Below, one piece after another: positions 18,900-29,939 of a DNA stretch of 64,000 nucleotides. The notes below the pieces were generated by a model, which saw only the letters and a program-made list of their open reading frames with translations, ran no database searches and was not told the origin of the DNA. Position numbers and translations under genes: made by a program. The stretch's first letter is position 1; each line of letters starts with the position of its first letter. Origin of the DNA: a virus (lineage: Duplodnaviria; Caudoviricetes); IMG/VR virus record IMGVR_UViG_3300014656_000001, positions 1-64,000 of that record. One strand, written 5' to 3'.

Positions 18900-21800
18900 C
18901 TACGATACAAATGTTTTCGCAACACCAAATCCTCTTTCAAAAAATTCATTCTGTTCAGAAACCACAACATTGATCGAATTGACTTCTCCCCCATACACTT
19001 GATTTTGTCCATACTCAAATCTTGTACTTCCCATATCCATAACAAGACTTCCTGGAACTGTAAGAACCATAAACGCATATCTACCCTCAAGCGTACTGCT
19101 TACTGACTGCTTATTGAATGTGAGATAAACAGTATGAAGAAGCTCGCTCCAGTCATCGCTGTAAAAATCAACCACATACCTCTCATTCACCAAAACAACA
19201 TCGTCTTCAACTCCAGCTTGTACAGTAACCTGTCCTCTAGGAGACCTCAACCATGTAAACTTCCAACTCCCGTCACTTTTTTTCACACCATTAAATTGTC
19301 CTGGTGGAAGAGGTTTCTTACCTATTATTTGATTAGTAAACATGCGAAATTCAGTTTCATACGATTGGTTCCCCAATGTCACAATACGATAAGCAATAGC
19401 CTGTCTAATCTCAGTGATATCCATCTTCACACGAAGGAGTTTGCTAATATCCAACTCGATAAACTTTTCAATAGTCCCATGTGTCTGTACATAATCAAGC
19501 GTTCCTACTCTAGCTCTAAGAAGATTGGAGAACCTATATCTGTACCCATCTATATGAGTCACTGTTTTAGCCTGGATAATTTCATCACCACACAAAAACA
19601 TATTTTTACCGTAATACAACTCCTTATCTGTTATGGTCGCTGGAACGCCATGCTTCATCAAAACATCAACTGTGTTTGTTTTATCCATAAAATTCACATT
19701 TCCAACACTCCCCAATTGTGTCAATGTGACCCCCATCATGGATGGTTCAGTTATGGAACCAACAAAACTCCAAGCATCTGTATTTATAATCTTCTTATAT
19801 ATATTTGTACCTTCCCACCGTGTCACATCAGAACCCGGAAGACCAGGAGCCGCCGCTATATAAAACCCAAGATCGTCATGCGTTTTATCAAGTATAGGTA
19901 TGTCCAAAAAAGCTTCTAATATCGGGATAATTGTACGGGCTGTTGGTGTTGTCGTGTTCGTGCTTGGGATACCTGTATACGTCTTACTATACAAACTCAC
20001 ATCTTCCAACACACAAACAAATTTAACATGATAAACATCATCTCCATAATTGACTTCCTTTTTATTTATTCTGAGAGTGTATGTAATCCCGTCCACTTCT
20101 GTTGTAATTACATCAGTTGGAACTGCTGTGATGTATTTTGGAGGGAGTGTTATTGTGACTTCATTCTCACTTAAATACATATCATCCCGAAATACCATAG
20201 CAACGGCTTTGGCTTCATCGTCAGTCAGAACCAGTGGAAGATTGATTCGAACAGTCTCTTTAGAATCAGTGGTCACATCATACGAACTCTGTACCATGGG
20301 GCTGTAATCACCCTCTTGTGACAGATACGAAACTTCTAACGTATATGGATACCCCATCCAATCGTTCTTTACTTGTTCCAACTTATTTACAAAAGAACCT
20401 CCAATAGCAGTAACCCCCAAATCATCTTCATCCACAGTAATACTATCCCCATTACCTCTCTTTCGAAACAAAAGTTTCCCATCCACTTCAACCACATCCA
20501 CATAGAACTTTGCTAATAAGTTTTGTAAACTGTCACGTATGCTCTCAACACTGCTAATAACGTACCCTCTCACAACATCCCCTGATAGATCGCCTAAATC
20601 TATATCACTTGGGGACAGTCCCCCCCACCCGCATATTTCTGTAACAGTATCATCTAATTGAGCTGTGACTGTACCTGTTAATCTTGGAACGCAACGATGA
20701 ACCTTCTGAATCAGCGTAGACGATCTTGCCCCACCAACAAAATAAAGCACACCATTGTGAACACAAATAGCGGGGGGAGCTCCCGCATCGTAATCAGTAA
20801 TAGCAACATCACTTATTTCAAAGTCTACTTCAGTCCAAGCACCCGTCCCATCAGAAGATTTATATGCTATCAGAGAACCACTCCCATCTCCAGAAACAAA
20901 TGCGTAAAAATCTCTATTCCAATAAACAGCCGCTATAACAGTTCCACCAGCTCCATCTGTCAAGTCTGTACTAATTCTAGTGAACTCACCTGTTAGTGTA
21001 TCCATCGTCCAAACTTCTTGTGTGACTGTTGGATTGGAACCCACATTGTCACTATACGTTGTACCTCCAACAGATAGAACTGTTGTATAGCTAAGATCGG
21101 TCACTAACTTGTGCTTACTTCTAAATCCAAAACCACAGTCAGCTCTCAAAAGCTCCCAAGACCATGTACCTGGAAAAGAAACTTCTTTGTAACGAGTATG
21201 TACCCCCATTGTTTCAGGAATCAATGCCGTTCTCTGCTGATTGACAAATTTGATTCTGTATATGCTCTTACGGTATTCTGCAATCCCAGGAGGTCTTGGA
21301 ATTGCATATCCACCACAAATAAAAACAGGATATAACCATCCAGGGTCTTTACTGTAATCAACATCATCATTGGGATCATCGTACTGTCGAAGAGAGATAA
21401 CCCCACAATCAGCAAATCTCGCTAAGTTACTATGCAGATACCCACCAATAGGACACGCCAAATCACCATAAGGGTATCCGTACTGTGTACTAAGTTGACC
21501 TATCTGACGTAACGTTGTTGAATATGTTTCCCCTTCCCCACCAATACACAATAGATTTTGTGACACAACCAATGGAGGGTTGACTCGTTCTTTAGCATCC
21601 AATATTGTCCCTGCAGGATTTTCTTTCCAATCCCATAATGAAGGCTCTTGTCTCCATACTTCCCCTGTTTCACTAGACCATACTTCATCCAGTTTACCAC
21701 CAGCATCAGCCCCACCAACCATCCACAATCTGCCAGCATACGAAATCAAACCCATCTGTTTTCTGGCAGACCAAAGTCCAATCTCAGTATCTTCAGCCGA

Positions 21801-22517
21801 AATGGACAACTCAATAACTTCCTGAGTTTCATCTGCTGATTCACCTGTCTTACAAACTTCAACAAGAAATTGAGGGAGCCTGTTTCCATAATGTTCGAGT
21901 GGCAGTTCTTGAAAAACAGTATAAGCCAAGCCCCGATGAGCTGTATAGTGACCAGCATTAGCTCCAGTACTATAAACCGATTCTACATTTCCCTGACTTC
22001 TTTGATAAATAACATCATGATTGGCTAATAGTATTGGATCAACAGTTTGGGTTTCTGTTCCCTTATAAATCCCCTTAATGTATTTTTGTCTAAATAAAGC
22101 AGAAGACGCCAGTTCTTCCTCAGTAGCATCACTTCGAACGTTATAAACCACTTCTCCATTAATCTTGATTCTCAGTATATCTTTAATCTCTCCCTTACCC
22201 AAAGAAAGACCACCAGTGAATCGAGCCGTCCACCCCCTATAGTTATCATCTTCTCTCCAGCAGGGTTTTAACTGTGTGATCTGTCCAAGATGGTAGAATC
22301 TTCTAGTGGATATGACTTGAGGAGCTATCTCAACTGTTCCCCAAACTTCTCTGATTCTCTCTCCATAATTGGAGCTCTGGATGGTCATATCCCCCAATTC
22401 CACTCCAGGGGATTTTCCAGGCCGCATTAAAAATGACAATAAAAAAGAAGAGGCTGTGTACACAGCTGCCGCTAAGTACGCCGCCCACCCCGTAAAGAAT
22501 AAAAATGTAAATGGCAT
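18900..22517 (-). CDS. tail tip / host-specificity protein (GTA-like) with Kelch-like beta-propeller insert
   Basis: SSNYGERIREVWGT, AHRGLAYTVFQELPLEHYGNRLPQF..EV, phage-tail_3-like middle region, LLRARVGT; Kelch-like RLWMVGG and LYFVGG. Confidence 0.85.
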   Translation of the reverse strand: MPFTFLFFTGWAAYLAAAVYTASSFLLSFLMRPGKSPGVELGDMTIQSSNYGERIREVWGTVEIAPQVISTRRFYHLGQITQLKPCWREDDNYRGWTARFTGGLSLGKGEIKDILRIKINGEVVYNVRSDATEEELASSALFRQKYIKGIYKGTETQTVDPILLANHDVIYQRSQGNVESVYSTGANAGHYTAHRGLAYTVFQELPLEHYGNRLPQFLVEVCKTGESADETQEVIELSISAEDTEIGLWSARKQMGLISYAGRLWMVGGADAGGKLDEVWSSETGEVWRQEPSLWDWKENPAGTILDAKERVNPPLVVSQNLLCIGGEGETYSTTLRQIGQLSTQYGYPYGDLACPIGGYLHSNLARFADCGVISLRQYDDPNDDVDYSKDPGWLYPVFICGGYAIPRPPGIAEYRKSIYRIKFVNQQRTALIPETMGVHTRYKEVSFPGTWSWELLRADCGFGFRSKHKLVTDLSYTTVLSVGGTTYSDNVGSNPTVTQEVWTMDTLTGEFTRISTDLTDGAGGTVIAAVYWNRDFYAFVSGDGSGSLIAYKSSDGTGAWTEVDFEISDVAITDYDAGAPPAICVHNGVLYFVGGARSSTLIQKVHRCVPRLTGTVTAQLDDTVTEICGWGGLSPSDIDLGDLSGDVVRGYVISSVESIRDSLQNLLAKFYVDVVEVDGKLLFRKRGNGDSITVDEDDLGVTAIGGSFVNKLEQVKNDWMGYPYTLEVSYLSQEGDYSPMVQSSYDVTTDSKETVRINLPLVLTDDEAKAVAMVFRDDMYLSENEVTITLPPKYITAVPTDVITTEVDGITYTLRINKKEVNYGDDVYHVKFVCVLEDVSLYSKTYTGIPSTNTTTPTARTIIPILEAFLDIPILDKTHDDLGFYIAAAPGLPGSDVTRWEGTNIYKKIINTDAWSFVGSITEPSMMGVTLTQLGSVGNVNFMDKTNTVDVLMKHGVPATITDKELYYGKNMFLCGDEIIQAKTVTHIDGYRYRFSNLLRARVGTLDYVQTHGTIEKFIELDISKLLRVKMDITEIRQAIAYRIVTLGNQSYETEFRMFTNQIIGKKPLPPGQFNGVKKSDGSWKFTWLRSPRGQVTVQAGVEDDVVLVNERYVVDFYSDDWSELLHTVYLTFNKQSVSSTLEGRYAFMVLTVPGSLVMDMGSTRFEYGQNQVYGGEVNSINVVVSEQNEFFERGFGVAKTFVS

Positions 22518-22527
22518 AATGGAATCC

Positions 22528-23415
22528 TTAGAACTTCCATACTAAAGGTGAATCCATTTCGTTACCTGGAACATCAGGCTCACATCTGCAATTAGCTTCA
22601 TTGTTGAACTTATTCACACAATCTCCATCCAAACTATGATCGCAACCTGCTGTAATGGAAAAGGCATCACCAACCTCAATATCCACTATCATTGGGTGAT
22701 CCAGTTCGATAGTATATGTATCAATATCATCCCATTCACTATCTCTCACTTGCATTTCTTTTCCATTGTTGTTCCCAGAAGTCCAAGTAAGCAACCCATA
22801 ATTAAAATAATCATCTTCATCAATAGAACCTGTGATATCATCCGAAGTAAATATCTTGTTGCTTGTCACAGCCTTCACAGAACCAGTTTGAGTATACGAT
22901 CCAGCCACATCCACACTGCACTTAGAATCTCCCAGTGTGGCACGGCAGTAAGGACTATAAGAATCCCCTACTTTTTGCTGGAGACGTTGGGACAAACTTC
23001 TCAATTCAAAATCAAAGTCATAATCTTTAATTGATACTTTACCTATAGTGCCTTTAGACACCAATCCCCTTCCCATTGTTGTATCATTTGGATTTACAAA
23101 GAAGAGTTCGTAAGTTGCTCCACGCAATGTGTTATCAATAAGATTAATCTTTGTAAATAAGTTGGAATTATAATCACTCGCCGCATCAGAGCTGTCTACA
23201 TTCATTTCAGCCGATGACGACATTCCCCCCAAGTTAACACCTGGAACAGACTCATAAGTCGTTCCATCATACGTTATTTCTCTATCGTATGATGTCGCTC
23301 CCTTTACACTGCCGCTTGCTAGTGTGATCTTGAGACAATAAGCAACAATGGGATTCCCAGATGCCAGATGAGAAGTCATTGCAGATGTGATTGTAATCAT
23401 GAAGGGTTCCTCCAT
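22528..23415 (-). CDS. DUF2163/BR0599-family tail hub protein
   Basis: CRATLGDSKC, GLLTWTSGNNNG, GDAFSITAGCDH...C.NKFNN..N..CEP. Confidence 0.88.
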   Translation of the reverse strand: MEEPFMITITSAMTSHLASGNPIVAYCLKITLASGSVKGATSYDREITYDGTTYESVPGVNLGGMSSSAEMNVDSSDAASDYNSNLFTKINLIDNTLRGATYELFFVNPNDTTMGRGLVSKGTIGKVSIKDYDFDFELRSLSQRLQQKVGDSYSPYCRATLGDSKCSVDVAGSYTQTGSVKAVTSNKIFTSDDITGSIDEDDYFNYGLLTWTSGNNNGKEMQVRDSEWDDIDTYTIELDHPMIVDIEVGDAFSITAGCDHSLDGDCVNKFNNEANCRCEPDVPGNEMDSPLVWKF

Positions 23416-24431
23416 TCAATCACAGGGATATCAAATGAGTACCTTTCAAAAGACTCAAATGTGGTATCAAGTTTATCTGTCTTCAAAATAATGGGAACAT
23501 CAAATTCAAATGCTGTTGCAACGATTCTATGTTGGTCTGTGGGAGCTGCATCAAATGTGATTATACCTGTTGTGTAATCCACATCGTAATCACTGCCTTC
23601 AGTCTTTGCGACGCTATTGACAGATATAGCCACTGCTTCAGATTCAACAGGCTTTACTATATCCCTGCTATGGAAAATCCACACATACCCATCTGCCGTT
23701 TCATCCACTAAATCAGGAGACACTGTGACCACTGTATTTGCCGCTATGGTGTCAGAAGCAGCTCCCCCAGACACAGCCGATTTCAATTCAAGTTCAGTTA
23801 CGGGATCATTCCATGTTATGCTCTTTACATACCTGGTGTATTCAGTTCCCCCATGAGTAACAATCACTTTTTGATTGATAGTAAACTCAGCTGTGTAATT
23901 ACCTGTTATCGTATAAGTCGTGCCACTGTAACCCGCCACCGTATATGACTGAGAAGCCACAGCAGAGGCCGTATAGAACCCGTTATTGGACGTTGAGCCG
24001 CTCACATAGATAATGGAACCCGAACCCAATAAGTCTTCGTCAGCGTCTTTTATGGTTAATTTCTCCCCAGTTCCATCAGCTCTCACGATAGCATAGGGAA
24101 CGTAAGTGTCGATATAGTTCTTTACCAGTTGCCACTCTGTTGTACTCCCATCACCAACACCAATATACTCATTAGTACCTGTATAATCAGAAGGGTCTTG
24201 AAAACGGCACCCCTTGTTCTTCCCACGCATAAGAAGAAACCAAGCCTTGACTAAGTCATAACTGGCTTGGGTAATGGATTCACATTCGATATCAAATTCT
24301 AATAGAGGAGTATCCCACATAGATTGGGGGGTGACATTACCCCCCTGAGATTGGTTGAGCACTGTATTGAACTTCGTACCACCACTCAATCCATAATCGG
24401 GCACTAATGGAAAAGAGATTTCATAAAACAT
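23397..24431 (-). CDS. DUF2460-family distal tail protein with central insertion
   Basis: FYEISFP...GGTKFNT, RGKNKGCRFQDPSDY, GDGSTTEWQLVKNY, FEFDVP; longer than the usual ~200 aa. Confidence 0.85.
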   Translation of the reverse strand: MFYEISFPLVPDYGLSGGTKFNTVLNQSQGGNVTPQSMWDTPLLEFDIECESITQASYDLVKAWFLLMRGKNKGCRFQDPSDYTGTNEYIGVGDGSTTEWQLVKNYIDTYVPYAIVRADGTGEKLTIKDADEDLLGSGSIIYVSGSTSNNGFYTASAVASQSYTVAGYSGTTYTITGNYTAEFTINQKVIVTHGGTEYTRYVKSITWNDPVTELELKSAVSGGAASDTIAANTVVTVSPDLVDETADGYVWIFHSRDIVKPVESEAVAISVNSVAKTEGSDYDVDYTTGIITFDAAPTDQHRIVATAFEFDVPIILKTDKLDTTFESFERYSFDIPVIEWRNPS

Positions 24432-27400
24432 TATTTGTCCCTCTTACCTTCTTCAACGGCACGAATCAACTTCTGCCCTTCTCTTCGTAACACTTTCTTT
24501 ACATCTCTGGTCGTATTTTCATTCCCACCATTCACTGTGATATTAGGACTGAAAACAAGAGATGCCTTGCTAGAAGTTTTCAATTTTTCATCTGGATAAA
24601 TTCTACCATTAACAGAGGGAACAAACAATTCCTTTCTTCCCCGTTCTCCAACCCACAAAGGCTTTCCAGCTTCTGCATCAGCACCCCAAGCACCACCACC
24701 CATTCCGGGGTTAATGAAATCAAATACATTCCCTCCCGTACCTCCACCCCCTCCAGCAGCTCCCGCAAGACCAAAAGCAGCTCCAAGCAATGGACGAACA
24801 ATTCCCATCTGAATGATCTGAGCGTTGATCTCTTGGATAAACTGCATGAAGTTTACCTTCTGTCCAGTTAAGAATTGAGTGAATGTGCTCTCCAATTGAG
24901 ATATGATGTTCTGCCATGCGTTATATGTGTTCATGGCATATTCTTGAGACATGCGAGAGTACTCAGCCATAGCAACTTGAGCACCTTCCCAAGCAGTGCC
25001 AAGAGAAAGAACCTGATCTTCTTGCATCTGTATGACTTTTAATTCAACTTCTTTCTTTGCCATGTCTTGCCCCATAGTGGATAGTCCACTCCCATACTGG
25101 TTCAAATAATCCATGGACTTTTGACGAAGAAACGCCGGGTCATACATCTCATGAAGCTGGTCTACTTTTGACTGTTCTATCTCAGCAAGTCTCTTAGACT
25201 CTTTTTCTAATTTATCCAACTCTTCTTGTGCTTTATCTCTTTCTTCGTCTCTGGCATTATCGTGTATCTCAGCAAGTTTTCTCAAGTGTGTTTTTTCCTT
25301 CAACTCTTGAACATCGTTAAATTTATCTGTCATACTATCTATCTGAACTTGAGATAGACCTTCTGTTTTAATTTGCTGTTTGTGTTGATATTCAGCGGCC
25401 TGTTTCTGAGCTTCCCATTCAGTCTCTTGTATTCTGATACGTCTCTCAGCTCCATCATAGTGCATTGCATTCAATTCACCCTCAAGAGTGATTGTATTCT
25501 GAATCATGGACTGCATATATTGTTCATAAGTGGATGTAGCTTTCTTCAATACACCTTCGTCTACACTTTCTTTTTTTTCGGAAGGTTTTTTGAATGGTTT
25601 TGTCCCTTGCTCAACAAGTTTATTAAACTCATCTTGATTTGTGATGTCACCACTGGTTGCTAGGGCTATATCCAACCATTTTTTCTGCTCTTGAAATCTT
25701 TTTTCACTTTTATCATATTTTTCTAAAGTACCCTGAGGAGCTTTCGATCCCCTTGTCATAACAGATGCACCAGACATTGGATCGTATGTCCATTCTCCCT
25801 TTTCCCATTCCTCTTTCTCACGTCTGATTTTTGCAAATTCAGCAAGTGCTATATCATACCTCTCAAAAGCCACTTGAATTTTCTTTTCTTTGTTTATTAA
25901 CTTTTCAGCTTCTGCTAAACTTATAGCTCCTTTTGTCCACTTGTCATAGATAGAACTAATTGTGGGAGCTATTCTTATCATTTCCTCAAACAAGCTATTA
26001 ACTTTCTCTTTCTCATGCCATAACAAAGTTTCTTTTTGGGCATAATTACCAAGCTCTCCGCTCAATCTATTTATATGTAATTCCAAATTTGATATTCTTA
26101 TATATGAGGTATTTATCTCTTCATCAAATGCGTTTATAGGAGTCATTACTTTCCTAAAAGCAACACCCAATCCAACTAAAGCAGCTGCCAATGCTATAAC
26201 AGCAGAGACCCCACCCCCTGCCAAACCAACCAACCCAAATCCAGCTGCAGCTATTCCACCAGCCGCCCCTAAAATAACCAAAGATGCCGCCGCACCCTCA
26301 ATAGCACGAGCCATTATCTCAAACTTCTTATTGTTTTCATTCAGAACATCGGGTATCTTTCCCCACTCTCGAATCAATCCAGTAGCATACTCTGTGATCG
26401 TTCCAAGAGTCTTCCCTACTTTTTCAGCATATCCCGCCGTTATAAAGTTCTCGAATGATGCTGTAACAGCCCTGATAGCTTCTGCAAACTTATCTCCAAA
26501 ACTGGCATCAGAAGCAGCTAGTTTGGTCTGGAAGAGAGCTGTTTGTAGTCTGTTCAACTCAGCCTGTAGATTACGAAGAGCAACGGGAAGTGCAGGTCCA
26601 AATTCTTCTTTTAATACCTTAGCCATTCTTGGTAGCAATACTTCAGCATACACTTCTCCATTTTCAATTGCTTTATCCAGCTCTTGCATAGTCATGTTCA
26701 TAGCTTGAGCGGCGAATCGAAATGCACCTGGCATCTGCTCGCCCCACTGCCGTCTCAACTCTTCAGTAGCCACCCGGCCTTTAGACATCATCTGTTGTAC
26801 AGCATAAATGGAACCTGCAACTTGCTCAGCACCCAATCCCATAGCAGTACCAGCCATGGCAATAGCTTCAAAGATATCCCTCACTCCCTGACCTTCCAAC
26901 TCAGTTCCCTTCGCCGCTACTTGCAGTTTTGCCAGCTGGTGAGCGGCTGATTGAAGATCAAGTCCCAGATACTTAGAAGTTTCTGTAATATACTCCATCT
27001 CAGCATTAGCACCTGCCATGCTTTCAGTAGCAACCAGCAATGTAGACTTCATTCTCTGGAGGGCTGTAGTGGCATCTACAATGTTCTTCACAAGCAATCC
27101 CACAGCAACACCCGCAATGACGTTTCTAAAGTTAACAAACGAAGTCATCACAGCACGTGTATTGGTAGACAGTGCATGAAGGGCACTTCCGGCATTTCTG
27201 CTAAACGACACCACAGATGCTTCTGCTTTTTGAGTAGCATTTCTTATGGTGTCCATTTGCTTTTCAACACTCCCACCAGGGTATATTCCAGCAATTGACG
27301 CTCTAATTCCTTTTGTAGACTCCTGTAGATTAGGTCCAGCCATAGCTGAAAGCATTGTCATTGATCTTTTCATATCAGGACTTATAAAACCTGATGGAAA

Positions 27401-27640
27401 AAGTTGATGCGACATCGAACTTTTTATTGTAGCGATTGTAGCTTTTGCTTTTCTTTCTATTTGTGAAAACTCCTTAGACGCTTTCTGTCTAAGCTTCTCA
27501 AAACCATTCCCCATATTCTTGATATTGACATTGACATTGATGATAGCCGAATCCATTTGTTTCAGATCGGCTTTGACTGATTGGGTGGCCTTCGTGACAG
27601 AAGCCGTATCCATTTTGATGACGATGTTTTTTACAGCCAT
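24431..27640 (-). CDS. tape measure protein
   Basis: AVQQMMSKGRVATEELRRQWGEQMPGA tape-measure motif, long helical body, VGERG.ELFVP C-terminus. Confidence 0.95.
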   Translation of the reverse strand: MAVKNIVIKMDTASVTKATQSVKADLKQMDSAIINVNVNIKNMGNGFEKLRQKASKEFSQIERKAKATIATIKSSMSHQLFPSGFISPDMKRSMTMLSAMAGPNLQESTKGIRASIAGIYPGGSVEKQMDTIRNATQKAEASVVSFSRNAGSALHALSTNTRAVMTSFVNFRNVIAGVAVGLLVKNIVDATTALQRMKSTLLVATESMAGANAEMEYITETSKYLGLDLQSAAHQLAKLQVAAKGTELEGQGVRDIFEAIAMAGTAMGLGAEQVAGSIYAVQQMMSKGRVATEELRRQWGEQMPGAFRFAAQAMNMTMQELDKAIENGEVYAEVLLPRMAKVLKEEFGPALPVALRNLQAELNRLQTALFQTKLAASDASFGDKFAEAIRAVTASFENFITAGYAEKVGKTLGTITEYATGLIREWGKIPDVLNENNKKFEIMARAIEGAAASLVILGAAGGIAAAGFGLVGLAGGGVSAVIALAAALVGLGVAFRKVMTPINAFDEEINTSYIRISNLELHINRLSGELGNYAQKETLLWHEKEKVNSLFEEMIRIAPTISSIYDKWTKGAISLAEAEKLINKEKKIQVAFERYDIALAEFAKIRREKEEWEKGEWTYDPMSGASVMTRGSKAPQGTLEKYDKSEKRFQEQKKWLDIALATSGDITNQDEFNKLVEQGTKPFKKPSEKKESVDEGVLKKATSTYEQYMQSMIQNTITLEGELNAMHYDGAERRIRIQETEWEAQKQAAEYQHKQQIKTEGLSQVQIDSMTDKFNDVQELKEKTHLRKLAEIHDNARDEERDKAQEELDKLEKESKRLAEIEQSKVDQLHEMYDPAFLRQKSMDYLNQYGSGLSTMGQDMAKKEVELKVIQMQEDQVLSLGTAWEGAQVAMAEYSRMSQEYAMNTYNAWQNIISQLESTFTQFLTGQKVNFMQFIQEINAQIIQMGIVRPLLGAAFGLAGAAGGGGGTGGNVFDFINPGMGGGAWGADAEAGKPLWVGERGRKELFVPSVNGRIYPDEKLKTSSKASLVFSPNITVNGGNENTTRDVKKVLRREGQKLIRAVEEGKRDK

Positions 27641-27641
27641 G

Positions 27642-27935
27642 TCACTTCTCCTTGTCTATAATCTCTCTATATTCAATGTCAAGTTGCAGAATGACTCTTA
27701 TAAAAAACTCACGAAACCATCCCAATAAGTTATATTCATCAGCATATTTGACACATGCACTCCATGGGATCATTCCCATAGCCATACCTATACTGCGTTC
27801 AGTACTCAGAATATAAAATGCTTCCAAATAAAACTCCAATGATGTGTCAACCATTGGAGCCTCAGATATAGACTTTGGGATGGGATCGCCCCTTTTAATG
27901 CAAACGTCAATAATCTTCTGTTCGTCAGCTCCCAC
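27642..27935 (-). CDS. tail assembly chaperone T segment (the -1 frame of GT)
   Basis: Frame stays open back to the slippery site in the upstream gene; IPWSAC..YAD motif. Confidence 0.8.
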   Translation of the reverse strand: MGADEQKIIDVCIKRGDPIPKSISEAPMVDTSLEFYLEAFYILSTERSIGMAMGMIPWSACVKYADEYNLLGWFREFFIRVILQLDIEYREIIDKEK

Positions 27936-27961
27936 CCCTCGGCCTTTATATCTGAGGAACG

Positions 27962-28381
27962 CTATGAGTTTTTTACTGCTTCATCCACTTGCATCTTGAA
28001 GTTTCCAAACTTATCCACTTCAAGAACGAACACTTCATATACTTCTGGCAACGCTTTGAAGAAATCCACCACATTCTCTTTCGTGCAGGGTACAGGCTTT
28101 CCATCGTCACCCGTTACGCCCTGCCAGTCCAAGACAACAGTGGAGGCGTAAATCTCCATCATGATTTCACGTTGTTGATCCAAGGGGAGTGAATCAAAAT
28201 GAATACGTCCTCTGAACTGTTGAAGGCGTTTGGTTAGGGCAGATGAGAATTTTGTATTACTCCCACCCGCCCTAGCTGCTTTGATTTTGAAAATCTGAAA
28301 ATCAATCCAAACACCTTCTTTTTCCAACGCTTCATCCCTGCCAAACTGCTCAAGCAACTTCTTGTTAAACTTTACTGACAT
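27962..28381 (-). CDS. tail assembly chaperone G
   Basis: EKEGVW...ARAGGSN..F...TVVLDWQGV; position between tail tube and tape measure. Confidence 0.85.
   Translation of the reverse strand: MSVKFNKKLLEQFGRDEALEKEGVWIDFQIFKIKAARAGGSNTKFSSALTKRLQQFRGRIHFDSLPLDQQREIMMEIYASTVVLDWQGVTGDDGKPVPCTKENVVDFFKALPEVYEVFVLEVDKFGNFKMQVDEAVKNS
27968..27974 (-). other. programmed -1 ribosomal frameshift site A_AAA_AAC
   Basis: gtA AAA AAC tca tag ends gene G; a -1 slip reads KKLIAFLRYKGRGVGADEQ in frame with 27642-27935. Confidence 0.88.
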
Positions 28382-28425
28382 TGCTCTTCTCCTTTGTTCA
28401 TAAAGTAATAATCCAGCCACTAACA

Positions 28426-29919
28426 TTATGGAACGTAGTGGAACTGTTGAATCTTGATCGTGTAACCCATCGTACTGTTGTACGTGGCAATAAATGGCAG
28501 ATCGACTGTGACATCGGCATCAGGTCCCGAAACATCTGGGGCACCACCTGTAAGTTTCAGTGTTGGGATGTCAATCAAGAACATCTGATTGTCATCATCT
28601 TCAAAACGAACTGTATACCCAAGTTCTGTATCGGCAAAAGCGTAAGCAACAAAGGTACTGCTTCCAAAATAAGTATGGAGATTCCCTGTGACATCACACT
28701 TTCCAGAACCAATTCCAATAACACCCAACGTACCAACAGCCGTTTGTCTACGCAAGTTGTTAGAGACACTAATGGAAGATGAAAGCACATAGTTTGGAGT
28801 TCCAACCTCAGTAAGAGTGCTGCTTACGTTGTAAGACAGGCTTCCCACATCAGAAGACGTACTGAAAATATCATCAGTAACAGCTGCTGTTTGTGATTGA
28901 GAGGTTTCACCAGTATTATCAACTTTGGCAGTTGCTCCCATAAAAGAGAAAGAGCCTTTAACAATATCAGCAGAAGGTATATCAAAACTCAATGTACTGA
29001 TACGGCACCCAGAATAAGCTGCATACGTATCCACTCCCGTACCTGCAACGTGGTCATCAAACTCCTGCTGTACTGTATACGATTTGGATGTAGTACCGTT
29101 TGCAATAGAATCGCCCAAGAAAACACGAATAGTTTTGTCAGCCCCTACATCAGTTGAAGCCAGTGTACCTTCAACAATATCAAAAGTCAAAGCGTTTGCC
29201 GATATAGCAGAAACACGACACCACCCATTACAAGCTGCTGTAGCGAACGCATACCCAGTACCCCCACCAACATACACCCAATCACCAACATCTATATCAA
29301 ATGTTGTGAAGTCCAGCAATGTAGAACCAAGTCCTGTTGCTGTTGCAGTAATATCACTCGAGGCTCCCTGAAATCCCACATTACGAATGCGGGCACCTGT
29401 AGGAGGCGTTTCATCTGCCAAACTGGCATCAATTGTGATTGTTGTTCCATCTGCCGCTTCAATATAAAACAAACCACCCCCGCCATCCCCCGTAGCTGAA
29501 TTGTTCTCTGAATTGGTAAATCCAGTAGTCAACACAAGCCCATAGATAACAAACCCATGTGATGCTCCACATGTGATAATATCACCATCCGCTACAATAC
29601 CACTTATGGGAGTTCCAGACCCAGTATTCACAAGTGTGTTTTGTACAGTCCAATCATTCTGTAAAGCACCTTCAATCGGGATATCCATATAAGAAAATCC
29701 CAATTCAAAGTTCACATCCCCATTTACTTCACGATCAACATGAATGGCTTGTTGTACATTTCTATCAGTGCGTATGACCTGGCTTGTTACGTGTCTGTTT
29801 TCAGCCCCAAGCCGGGGGGAGCCTGTGTAATTCAAAAGCTGAAAAGCGGGAGAGCCGGGAATCGTATCGAATGTTGTTTCTTCAATAATCCCCAGTTTTA
29901 CTTGATTGGTGTCAGACAT
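28426..29919 (-). CDS. major tail tube protein
   Basis: SQVIRTDRNV, GDVNFEL, YSGCRISTLSF, VTGNLHTYF (phage_tube_2-like). Confidence 0.85.
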   Translation of the reverse strand: MSDTNQVKLGIIEETTFDTIPGSPAFQLLNYTGSPRLGAENRHVTSQVIRTDRNVQQAIHVDREVNGDVNFELGFSYMDIPIEGALQNDWTVQNTLVNTGSGTPISGIVADGDIITCGASHGFVIYGLVLTTGFTNSENNSATGDGGGGLFYIEAADGTTITIDASLADETPPTGARIRNVGFQGASSDITATATGLGSTLLDFTTFDIDVGDWVYVGGGTGYAFATAACNGWCRVSAISANALTFDIVEGTLASTDVGADKTIRVFLGDSIANGTTSKSYTVQQEFDDHVAGTGVDTYAAYSGCRISTLSFDIPSADIVKGSFSFMGATAKVDNTGETSQSQTAAVTDDIFSTSSDVGSLSYNVSSTLTEVGTPNYVLSSSISVSNNLRRQTAVGTLGVIGIGSGKCDVTGNLHTYFGSSTFVAYAFADTELGYTVRFEDDDNQMFLIDIPTLKLTGGAPDVSGPDADVTVDLPFIATYNSTMGYTIKIQQFHYVP

Positions 29920-29939
29920 AATAATGTCCTCCTCTGTAT

